In this document: piece by piece, positions 51,137 to 60,026 of the stretch
How positions within the stretch are numbered: position 1 is the first letter of the stretch
How the letters are laid out: each line of letters starts with the position of its first letter
Source of the DNA: Diplonema japonicum
Lineage: Eukaryota > Protista > Euglenozoa: Diplonemea
Direction of reading: 5' to 3'
Length of the DNA stretch: 64,000 nucleotides
NCBI GenBank assembly: GCA_964019335.1
Contig: OZ025702.1
Coordinates: 1 to 64,000 of the forward strand
Program-made: the position numbers and the translations under genes
The notes under the pieces: model-generated
Told to the model about the DNA's origin: nothing
Seen by the model: only the letters and a program-made list of their open reading frames with translations
Databases searched by the model: none

Positions 51137-54121
51137 ATGGCGGGCTCATCGGGATGGGCACAAATGTCGGGGACAGAACAGGAGGTCTTTGCCGAGATCA
51201 ACGTGGCCCGCACACAGCCGAAGATATTCGCAGGGTTCATCGAAGAGGAGAGCAAGCTGATCAAGAATAACAAACTGTACCGAAAGGGTGAAGAGGTGCC
51301 TACTGTTCTCAAAGAGGGCATGCAAGCTTATAAGGAGGCCATTTCAGCATTGTCTGCACAGCCTCCCCTTCCCGCACTTCAAACCACCCCGCTTGGTATG
51401 GTAAAGGCGGCGAAGGATCATGCCCGAGACCTGGCGCCGGGAAAAACAGGGCACACTGGGTCCGACGGGAGCACACCTGGCGACCGAATGAACAGACATG
51501 GTAGTTGGGAAGGGAAATATTGTGAGAATATCAGCTTTGGATCTAGTAAGCCACGCGACATAGTGATCTCCTTGCTGGTCGATGATGGCGTGGCGGGGAG
51601 AGGACACAGGAAGAACATGCTCACACCCGAGCTGCGAGTCTGTGGTGTTGCCTTCGGCAAACACGCGACATACGGGTGTTGCTGTGTCCAGACATATGCT
51701 GCGGGGTATACGGAAAAGGGTGCACCTAGCGGGAGGGCACGAGCAGCCCCTCATGCACTGGCCACAAGGAACGAGCCTGTTCCGCATGGCTCCAGCGCGC
51801 TGTCAGATGCTTTAAAGGTGCAGAAGCAACGACGGAAAGCTAAGGAAGTAGAGAACAATGGCGTTGCAGCAGGGCACCAGTTCGCGCACCGGCCTCTACC
51901 AGCTGAGAGGCCGCAACAGGACAAGCGTCTTGCTCCGTACTACAACAACACACCGTTGCAGCAGCCGCGGCACACGTACACCCACATGCCGCAGGGACGT
52001 GGTTATGAAAGAGCACCTGGTGTGCCATGGTACACGACGGCACAGCCGCATCGTCCTCCAGAAGCACGGCAGTCTCCAATACGAAGGGTGCCTAGCGTGC
52101 CACCGACGTCACTCCAGCAGGGGAAGCGCATCAGGGTGCGTGGCCTCACCAACGACACCACTTTCAACGGCAGAACAGGGACCGTTGTTCAACCTGTGCA
52201 CGAGCTGGGGGCCTGGCGTGTTTTTCTCGATGGTGAGAACAGCACTCGTCTGATGCTGCCACAGAACATAGAGAACATTTCTGGCGAGGGCGCACCGCCG
52301 CAGCGACACGAAGCGCAGCACCAACAACCAAGTCGTTTTGATCTACCTGACTCTGAGCTTGTCAACAAGAAGGTCACTGAGATCTTAAACACAACGAAGT
52401 TGAAACTGAACAGAGATGAACAAGAGGCGCCCCATGTTTCCCCTGCTCGACAGGAAGAAGAACCCGTCACACCGCAAGTGATCGCACCCAACAACACCTT
52501 CAACTCTCCTGTTGTGTTAGAGCCCGAGGGTGAACCCTTCCCATTCAGCCAGCCGCAAGACTCTTTGGCGCAAAAACTGGAGGACGCACAAACTGAATTG
52601 CACGAAGCTGCAGCAAGGGAAGCAAGGCTGAAGCAAGAACTCGAAGCTTTGAAAGGGGCGCAGGCGAATAAGTTATACCCGGCTTTTGATGTGTTGCAAC
52701 CACACCCGACACCTGTCTCGCCTAAGCCTTTGGAACACGATGCACAGCATTCTTTTTCTAATTTGATGGAACCCTCGCAGCAACCATTCAGCGAACCGCA
52801 AGCCGAGCCTCAAGTGAGTCCTATACCACACTCTAATACCTTTGTGTCTTCTCTTCCTCCTTCGGCGCTCCTGCAGGTGCCATCTTACGTCGTGCCGCAG
52901 GCAGACTCACAGCCCCAGATCCCGTCAGAACCGATTGCATACCGAGACTCTGTACCACGAGCTATCGCTCCGTCTGTGGACCTTGTGTCTGTGTCGCACC
53001 CTGGGCCTGGGCAGCAGTCTGCGCCGGCCGTTGCTCCATCAACATCGCAGCCGATTTATCAGCCACCCAACCCTCACACCACGCCACAACAGGATCCAGC
53101 CAGTCAACTGCGCTCTGAATCGATTCCTGAAGCAGTGCCACAGCACTTGATTTCCCGCCGCGACACTTTGCCCTCTCCAGCAGTTGACACTGTGCAGCCC
53201 AACCTGCCCCTGTCTGGAATGGGCACCATGAAACCGCTGAGTCAGCCTCTGCGACCCTTGTCGCCCGTGCCCGCCGCTATCACAAAAGTGCCTCCTGCTG
53301 ATAATATCAGTGGCGTGGAAAAGCCTATTAACGAATACGTGTCTCTAGTTATACCGCATATCTCCCAGAAGGTCGTCCTGAGCTGTGGTGGGCTGTACCA
53401 GGACCTTGCGGGTGCTTATGTTCTGCAGGAAGATCGGGTTAACGGACGGCCCTTGTGGATGCAGGTGGAAGGACCGGGGTACCTGTTCTGCAGCCAAGCT
53501 GGTGTGTGGACGGTGACAGATGAGAGAGGGAACATGGGGCTAGGAGCAGGATATATCGCTGCTAAGGTGACGGTCGATGCGGGGAAAATGCCATCTGCCC
53601 TCTGGAGGGGGGAATGGAGGCAGCTAGGTGAGGACGGGCAGTGGGAGGAGTGCAGAGACGTGTTCGTGTCATCAGTGCCCGCTGCATATGTGAGGAATGT
53701 GGCAGCAAATGCACGAGCTCGTGTTCAAGCTGTTTTTGGGGAACGAGCGATACCAGTCAGCGACAGCAACGATGTCGTCTCGTCACGCACTGCAGGAGGC
53801 CTGTCTGTGACTGTTGTACTTGAACCTGCGCAGACGAGGCCTTTAGTGCACGGGTACGTCAGGTATGCAGAGCAAACAAAACTACAGCCACACAGTGACG
53901 CACCCATCGTGTCTAGCTATGCCAGCATGGAACCTGTGGCACACAAAGCATCAAGCAAGCACCACCCAAGGGTAGCCGAGACCTTCCCGCAATGGGACGA
54001 CATCGGCAGACACCGCAGTGTGCAGGAGCGCAAGATCGAAGAGCTTCGAAAACAAGAAGCCGAACAGCATGTGTCCGAAGCCGCCAAGTGGCGCCACCTG
54101 AACGATCCCCAAACTAGTTAG
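51137..54121 (+). CDS. CAP/SCP domain protein with SH3-like module, Pro/Gln-rich linker and C-terminal beta domain
   Basis: EINVARTQP, HARDL, GHTGSDGS, ENISFG and LLVDDGVAGRGHRKN; no signal peptide. Confidence 0.88.
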   Translation: MAGSSGWAQMSGTEQEVFAEINVARTQPKIFAGFIEEESKLIKNNKLYRKGEEVPTVLKEGMQAYKEAISALSAQPPLPALQTTPLGMVKAAKDHARDLAPGKTGHTGSDGSTPGDRMNRHGSWEGKYCENISFGSSKPRDIVISLLVDDGVAGRGHRKNMLTPELRVCGVAFGKHATYGCCCVQTYAAGYTEKGAPSGRARAAPHALATRNEPVPHGSSALSDALKVQKQRRKAKEVENNGVAAGHQFAHRPLPAERPQQDKRLAPYYNNTPLQQPRHTYTHMPQGRGYERAPGVPWYTTAQPHRPPEARQSPIRRVPSVPPTSLQQGKRIRVRGLTNDTTFNGRTGTVVQPVHELGAWRVFLDGENSTRLMLPQNIENISGEGAPPQRHEAQHQQPSRFDLPDSELVNKKVTEILNTTKLKLNRDEQEAPHVSPARQEEEPVTPQVIAPNNTFNSPVVLEPEGEPFPFSQPQDSLAQKLEDAQTELHEAAAREARLKQELEALKGAQANKLYPAFDVLQPHPTPVSPKPLEHDAQHSFSNLMEPSQQPFSEPQAEPQVSPIPHSNTFVSSLPPSALLQVPSYVVPQADSQPQIPSEPIAYRDSVPRAIAPSVDLVSVSHPGPGQQSAPAVAPSTSQPIYQPPNPHTTPQQDPASQLRSESIPEAVPQHLISRRDTLPSPAVDTVQPNLPLSGMGTMKPLSQPLRPLSPVPAAITKVPPADNISGVEKPINEYVSLVIPHISQKVVLSCGGLYQDLAGAYVLQEDRVNGRPLWMQVEGPGYLFCSQAGVWTVTDERGNMGLGAGYIAAKVTVDAGKMPSALWRGEWRQLGEDGQWEECRDVFVSSVPAAYVRNVAANARARVQAVFGERAIPVSDSNDVVSSRTAGGLSVTVVLEPAQTRPLVHGYVRYAEQTKLQPHSDAPIVSSYASMEPVAHKASSKHHPRVAETFPQWDDIGRHRSVQERKIEELRKQEAEQHVSEAAKWRHLNDPQTS

Positions 54122-54244
54122 AGCCTTGTGTCTTCTTTGTATCTTAACTTGTTCAGAACATTTCCCCTACCTTCTTACTGTTCGTTGTCGAGGAAACGTC
54201 TTATGTAGATTCATAAAAGGAAGAGAGAGAAAAAAAAGGAAAAA

Positions 54245-54784
54245 ATGGCACGTGGCAGAGGTGGCAGTGAGGAGAAGGGAAGGGGTGGGCAGTCGGGTGG
54301 TAGGGGTGGGGTGGCGAAGGAAACCGCAGTGGCGAACGGGAGGGGAGGGACGGTGAGCGGGAGGGGTGGTGCTACGGAGGCGAGGGGGGGAGGAGGGAAT
54401 TCAAAAGTGGCAGTGACCGTAGCTGTTGCAAAGGAAGAGCAGGGAAGAAAGAAGAAGGAAGAGAAGCAAAAGCAAAACCAGAGCGAAGAACAGCCCGCAA
54501 CGACTGGCAGGGGCGGAAGGGGCGGCAGGGGCGCTGCACCCGCAGGGGGAAGAGGAGGCAAAGCGACTGTAGCCCCTGAACCTACACCTGTCGCTGCAAG
54601 CGGCGGACGAGGACAACAGAACGGGAGGGGCGGCGCCACTGCACAGCGAGGCGGCAGGGGGAACACCGCACCTGCCCCCGCCCAGAGCGGGAGGGGTGGT
54701 GCGCAACCCACAAGAGGCGGAAGGTATGCGAAAAAAAGAGAAAAAAAAAAAGAAAGCAAACCCAACAGGGGCGCAAAACAGTAG
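54245..54784 (+). CDS. Small RGG-box-rich protein (~164 aa after removing the 45-nt intron 54724-54768)
   Basis: More than 10 GRGG motifs; a GTATGC...poly-A...ACAG intron removes the spurious YAKKREKKKESKPN. Confidence 0.65.
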   Translation: MARGRGGSEEKGRGGQSGGRGGVAKETAVANGRGGTVSGRGGATEARGGGGNSKVAVTVAVAKEEQGRKKKEEKQKQNQSEEQPATTGRGGRGGRGAAPAGGRGGKATVAPEPTPVAASGGRGQQNGRGGATAQRGGRGNTAPAPAQSGRGGAQPTRGGRYAKKREKKKESKPNRGAKQ

Positions 54785-55361
54785 TGTCCAGACAAACTAT
54801 GAGAGATCAGACCAAGGGAGGGACGGGGTAGCTTCGATGCAAGACAGTGTCTTACCAAAAAAAGGAAGAAAAAAAGAAGAAAAAAAACGAAAATGAAAAC
54901 AAACGGGAATCCAGGAAAACAAAAAAATGAAAATAAGTTAAAAAAAAATATATATATATATGTATTGCCTTAGAGCGGGATTTTTTGGATCGGAACGAAA
55001 CGACAAAAACCAGAAAAAAGAAAAAAAAAACAGTGCTGTGCAGTGAATGTGGTACCTTAACCCCCGTTTCAAACGATTTCCCTAAGAACGGAAGGGGGAA
55101 GGTGAAGGAAGAAAAAAAGGGAGGAGGGGGGGGGGGGGGGGGGGGTGGCCACCAGCTACACACGTTCTTAAATTATCTCTTTTTTTTCTCTTACTCCCTC
55201 ACTTTTTTTCCCTCCCCTCTCCCCCTCCTATTCCCTCTAAAAAGAAAAAAAAAACACATGCAGAGTGTGGTATTCGGGCTTTTTTTTTAAAAAAAAAATA
55301 TTAACACTTCTCTTAAGGGGTACTTAGTCTCTCGCTTTACTCTTAGACCTAACCACTGGCA

Positions 55362-55420
55362 GTCACGTCCAAGACGGCAGCCATCACAATGCGTGGCTAG
55401 CCGTCTGTGGTTGACCGAGA
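55362..55420 (+). ncRNA. Candidate structured RNA hairpin followed by AGA (possible single-hairpin H/ACA-like RNA or UTR element)
   Basis: gtca..cca agacggc agcca / tggct a gccgtct g tgg t tgac gives about 19 pairs; AGA at 55418-55420. Confidence 0.3.
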
Positions 55421-55534
55421 GGTGCTTCGCGACGCATGCTTAGTGTTCCCTTTGCTCCTTTTTCTTACACTCCTGTTTCTTTTTTTTATTCAGTTTTCGT
55501 CTCGAAACTCTCTTGCACGACACCCTAGGCACGC

Positions 55535-58021
55535 ATGGAGGAGGTCAGAAGGAACAGATGCTCCTTCGACCCGGAGGAGCACACCAGCCTCAAGCCAGCA
55601 AGGGTGCCTGTGTCTTTCACGATGAGAAGCTGTGTAAGGAGGGAATCAGAGATGGCCGAGGGCAACGGTGTAGGTGGGCCCACCCCAGCAGCAACACCCT
55701 GTGGTTCCCGCAGTGGTACAGAGATATCAGCCGGGTCGCCCAGACCTTCACGTAGCACGACACCTCACCAGCCGGAGGGCGCGGGCTTTCTCCCGCTACC
55801 TAGATACGCCCAAGTGGACAGGAACGACAGGAACAGACGTGACTCGGTACCCATGGCTGTCGAGGATTATGTCCCTTATGAACCCCCAGCACACACCCCC
55901 GCTCCCGCCCCCGCGCACACCCCCACTGAGGTGCTTGAAGTCAAGCACGGTGCGCTGGTTGATCCCCGCCCAATGCAGAAACCTTCCTACACTACGGTCA
56001 TTCCTAAGCCGCGCTCTGCGTGTTCGTTTGCAAGCACGCCCACCACGTACTATGCAGAAGAACTCATGTCCCCACACCCCTCAAGGAAGTACTCCATCGA
56101 ACGTGAGGACACTGCAGACTGCACGTCGGAGCTGCCGCCGCCCACCAGCCAGACGAGTAAGTCTTTTTCGCAGCGCCTTTCTGAGCACCTGCACGGCGAC
56201 GAAGCATTCCAGCAAAGGCTGCCCGAGCCGAGCCCCACGTACCTGCATGTGCTGGCCAAACCTGAAGAACAAAATTACACAGAAACTGTTGGCCGTAGTG
56301 AGTCTAAGAGCAGCTCATCCTCGTATGAGTCAAAACCACTTCTCAGCCAGTCTGAACGCAACCTGCCCGTGACACCAAGGACCGAGGCAGCACCGAGCCA
56401 GACCCGTACTACGGGCGGCTCTTCTAGTTGTCCACCTGAAGAGAGCCAACAAGGGGGTTCGGACATTACGCAACACAAGTACTTGCATCATCTTGGAAAC
56501 GGCCAACATGTGCAAGACTCCCCACGTTCGCAACACCAATCACAATCACAATCACAATCACAACTGCAACACCAACCACAACGTCCAGAATACCGACAAG
56601 CACTGCCACAGCAGGACCCCTGCTGCTCGGTGGGATGGAAGCCAGCATCTCAACAGCCTGTTAGTGTCGTGCAAGTACAGCAAGAACTGCACCCAGCACC
56701 TCAACATCCGGTCCAACAAACGCAGCAAGATCAACAGACGATGGGTTTTGGCATTGGGCAAGTGCACTTCCCGGGGCAACAATCAGAAGCACAACTTATT
56801 CAGCAAGGTCATATGGGAGGTGACGGCTTGCAAAGACAGCAACCTATTCTGCGTCAGCAGCAACACCCGCAACTGGTGCGCCAAGAGCCAACACCAACAG
56901 TCATACGTGGGCACTTGGGACAGCAGCAACCTTGGCATTCAGAGCAACAGCTTGCACAACATACCAAGCCGCAGGGCATGCAGTTAAACCACCCGCGACA
57001 GGAGCTCCCCCCACCAGTCCACATCCCCATTGCAATTCCCTTAAGGGACATATCTGACATCGCCACCCTCCACCCCTACGCCACGCCCCCTTATGGGCAT
57101 TGCTCGCCGTCGCAAACTGTGAACCCGCAACATGCGGTTGCCTGTGTGGCTGCGTCCCCAGCGCCTGCCAGACGGCATTGGTCCGTGCCGCAGTTGCAAT
57201 CCCGACCTGGAGAAGACCCCCCTGCACCCATCGACAAACCCCTGCCTGCACAGCTCATGCCACAAGACTCGAAGGAGACTTGTAATGAAGATGTTAAAAA
57301 GGTAGTTAACTCTGGACGGTCAACACAGACACCCACAGTAGTGAAAGTGGTGCCGGAAGGTTCTCAGACCGAAGTTAGTTTCACTCAGGACAGTGAGCCG
57401 ATGCAACTGTTCGCTGAGCCAGAGACACCGACGCGCGTAGGGTCGACCACGGCTACGCCTGCCCCGCAGCTAAGCACACCAGCTGGATTGGCGGAAACGC
57501 CAGTGGTGCCTTCCGAAAATAGAAAGAGTGTGGGTGCAGGACCTCCCGGGGGCCCTGGTATGGGCGTGACTTATAAAGAAGGTGCCCCATGCAGTACTCA
57601 CAGGGTGAGCCCACAGGAGAGTATTGAGGTTGTGGAGAAGATGGAGAGTGAAGCGAAGCTACTTGTCAACTATGGTGACCAGCATGTTGACGATGGCGAG
57701 ATGGAACAGGCCAAATGTGCCTACGAGCACGCCTTAAGGATTCTCGTGGAGATGCTGGAAAAATGTGCTTCACTGTGGCGTGTGCTCGACAACTCACAGG
57801 CCTGTCTTCCGTATGTTCGCAGATGTGTCTGCATGTGTGATGCTGTCCAGTCTCGCATTGGCGAGATCCCTGCCCGCACCCAGACATACCCCTGCGACCG
57901 CAGTCCAAAACCTTGTATTCGGACACCTTTTAGGTGCACTCAATGCGGCACGCCATCGGCAAAAGCTGCTAATTTTTGCCCTTCCTGTGGTTCCTCACTG
58001 CACGAGGTCCACTGCCCTTAG
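55535..58021 (+). CDS. Q/P-rich disordered protein with C-terminal MIT-like helices and zinc ribbon
   Basis: 828-aa ORF; AKCAYEHALRIL helices; CTQCG...NFCPSCG. Confidence 0.8.
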   Translation: MEEVRRNRCSFDPEEHTSLKPARVPVSFTMRSCVRRESEMAEGNGVGGPTPAATPCGSRSGTEISAGSPRPSRSTTPHQPEGAGFLPLPRYAQVDRNDRNRRDSVPMAVEDYVPYEPPAHTPAPAPAHTPTEVLEVKHGALVDPRPMQKPSYTTVIPKPRSACSFASTPTTYYAEELMSPHPSRKYSIEREDTADCTSELPPPTSQTSKSFSQRLSEHLHGDEAFQQRLPEPSPTYLHVLAKPEEQNYTETVGRSESKSSSSSYESKPLLSQSERNLPVTPRTEAAPSQTRTTGGSSSCPPEESQQGGSDITQHKYLHHLGNGQHVQDSPRSQHQSQSQSQSQLQHQPQRPEYRQALPQQDPCCSVGWKPASQQPVSVVQVQQELHPAPQHPVQQTQQDQQTMGFGIGQVHFPGQQSEAQLIQQGHMGGDGLQRQQPILRQQQHPQLVRQEPTPTVIRGHLGQQQPWHSEQQLAQHTKPQGMQLNHPRQELPPPVHIPIAIPLRDISDIATLHPYATPPYGHCSPSQTVNPQHAVACVAASPAPARRHWSVPQLQSRPGEDPPAPIDKPLPAQLMPQDSKETCNEDVKKVVNSGRSTQTPTVVKVVPEGSQTEVSFTQDSEPMQLFAEPETPTRVGSTTATPAPQLSTPAGLAETPVVPSENRKSVGAGPPGGPGMGVTYKEGAPCSTHRVSPQESIEVVEKMESEAKLLVNYGDQHVDDGEMEQAKCAYEHALRILVEMLEKCASLWRVLDNSQACLPYVRRCVCMCDAVQSRIGEIPARTQTYPCDRSPKPCIRTPFRCTQCGTPSAKAANFCPSCGSSLHEVHCP

Positions 58022-58103
58022 ATCGTATATTTATTTAGTAGACGGTAGATAGTTTGTTTCCTTTATACTATGTTAGTACGCACTGTTTTAAACCACTACA
58101 GGG

Positions 58104-59972
58104 ATGCTGAGGACGAGATGCCTTCTCGGGTACAACAGGCATGACAAAGCGATGTCAATCCTGACGGGGAGGGATTATGATATGAAGCCTTCGCCTTATC
58201 AGGTGGTAGGGCTCCTCACAGAGCTTGCAAGGGGGGGCTCGTCGAGGTGCTATGGGTGGAGCAGCTCGTGTAGCGAGGCACTGCAGTGGATATGCGAACT
58301 GATCCGTGGCTCGAACGGTGCTATGCAAGCAACGGGGGCTGAATGCGCTAAGCTAATGAAACAGATAAGCATCGTGCACGACAAGCTTGACCCTTCGGAA
58401 AAGGAGGCGACCATCACCGCCATTGTGCAGAGAGCGTCGCAAAAGCATATCAGAGAGCAGCTCAACATAACGGGCATGATTGAGCTAATCCACAGCACTG
58501 CGCGGTCGCACTTCAAAGACAAGGAGCTGTGCAAAGAGTTCCTTGACTCCATCATAAAGCAAACAAATAACGATTTAAGGAAACTACCTCCTGCGGAATT
58601 TGTAGCCTTATTCTACTCACTGCCTCGGCACGGCGTTATCGCCCACCCTGCAATGGACCACATCTTCGAAGTGGCAGCCTGCGACAAGGTAGTAAGCAAA
58701 TCCAATAGCTCCTCTGCATTCATGGTACTGAGCGCAGCGGCTGCCTTAGATGCACCGAATCTATGTGAGATGTGTGAAGCGTATGGAGATGTCATTAAGC
58801 GACCGGGTGTCAGTGCTAAAATGACCGAGTGGGAGGCCCGGCAGATAGGTGTTGTCTTTGCTCGCTTCAACCTCCTCCACGAGCCTGTAATCGGCAACGC
58901 CATCAGCTCCGCCATGCGGCATGAGAGGACGAAGCCCACCAATGAACTTGTTTATGGACTGGCCCATGAGCTAGTGGGCGTGCCAAATGACGTCGACATT
59001 GAAGCTAGAGCAACCTGCCGAGAGCTGCGGTTAATGGCAGCCACTGGCACACCCGTAAATCAGGTAATGAAGCTTGTGGATCAGGTTACAAGAGCTGATG
59101 TACTGGCGAGGCTGGAAAGCGAGGAGCTGTACTACTTGATGCACGCTGTCGCAAAGCGGAAAGATATCAACATCAACAGGGCTGTGGTACTGAGACTACA
59201 CGCACGCATTATCGAAAGTGGTTTGGTAGACAGCATCAAGTGGGGGCAACACGTGGCGGGACTGATGGCGAGCATTGCAGTGTTGTACAACACAAGATTA
59301 TACAAAGAGATGGGCGTGGAGATGCTAGACGTGCTGAGCTCACGGCTAGTGCATCGCGACGTCCAGCATGCCAGAGCGGTGCATCATCACTGCGGTGCTA
59401 TGTGGGCCATGGGCACTATGCGGTGCAAGCCTGATCTGGTGGAACGTGTAATCGAGAACATGATGAAGAAGGGCGAGAAAGAAGATTTCCCGATAAGGAT
59501 CGTAGGTCCTGTGATGTGGTCTGCTGCTCGTGTTAGGCTGAGCAACAACGTTCATGTCGAGAAGCTGATGGCATGTCTCACGCAGAAGAACATGCGGGGA
59601 CAGATATCGAACAAGATGCTTAGTCTGGTGCTGTGGTCTGCCGCTAGACTCAAAGCACCGGAGGCGATACTGGTAGCCCTTGTGGAAGAGTGTCTCGAGC
59701 TGCGCATCCCCGAGACAGGCTCGCCACAAACCATCTCGATGGCTTTCTTCGCCGTGCAGCTCACGGGCATCAAACACGAGCCTTTCTTGGACCGTCTGTG
59801 CGAGCGTCTGGTAACCGATACCACCGTTTCTGATCACTTTGTGAAGATCAACAACCGCCCGAAGGAAATTTTTAAAGTTTTCCTCTCCATGCGATATCAC
59901 AACCCGAAGTTCTTGCGTTGGATGCGCGCACTAGTTACGGGCTACCAAACGTCACGAGCAACTGATGCCTAG
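58104..59972 (+). CDS. Putative mitochondrial helical-repeat (OPR/HPR/FASTK-like) RNA-binding protein
   Basis: MLRTRCLL presequence-like start; ~38-aa repeats MWAMGTM / MWSAARV / LWSAARL / FFAVQLT. Confidence 0.7.
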   Translation: MLRTRCLLGYNRHDKAMSILTGRDYDMKPSPYQVVGLLTELARGGSSRCYGWSSSCSEALQWICELIRGSNGAMQATGAECAKLMKQISIVHDKLDPSEKEATITAIVQRASQKHIREQLNITGMIELIHSTARSHFKDKELCKEFLDSIIKQTNNDLRKLPPAEFVALFYSLPRHGVIAHPAMDHIFEVAACDKVVSKSNSSSAFMVLSAAAALDAPNLCEMCEAYGDVIKRPGVSAKMTEWEARQIGVVFARFNLLHEPVIGNAISSAMRHERTKPTNELVYGLAHELVGVPNDVDIEARATCRELRLMAATGTPVNQVMKLVDQVTRADVLARLESEELYYLMHAVAKRKDININRAVVLRLHARIIESGLVDSIKWGQHVAGLMASIAVLYNTRLYKEMGVEMLDVLSSRLVHRDVQHARAVHHHCGAMWAMGTMRCKPDLVERVIENMMKKGEKEDFPIRIVGPVMWSAARVRLSNNVHVEKLMACLTQKNMRGQISNKMLSLVLWSAARLKAPEAILVALVEECLELRIPETGSPQTISMAFFAVQLTGIKHEPFLDRLCERLVTDTTVSDHFVKINNRPKEIFKVFLSMRYHNPKFLRWMRALVTGYQTSRATDA

Positions 59973-60026
59973 TCTAGTTTTAGCGGAGTGATTTAATTGC
60001 TTGACGTGTACACTTATCACAGGCAC

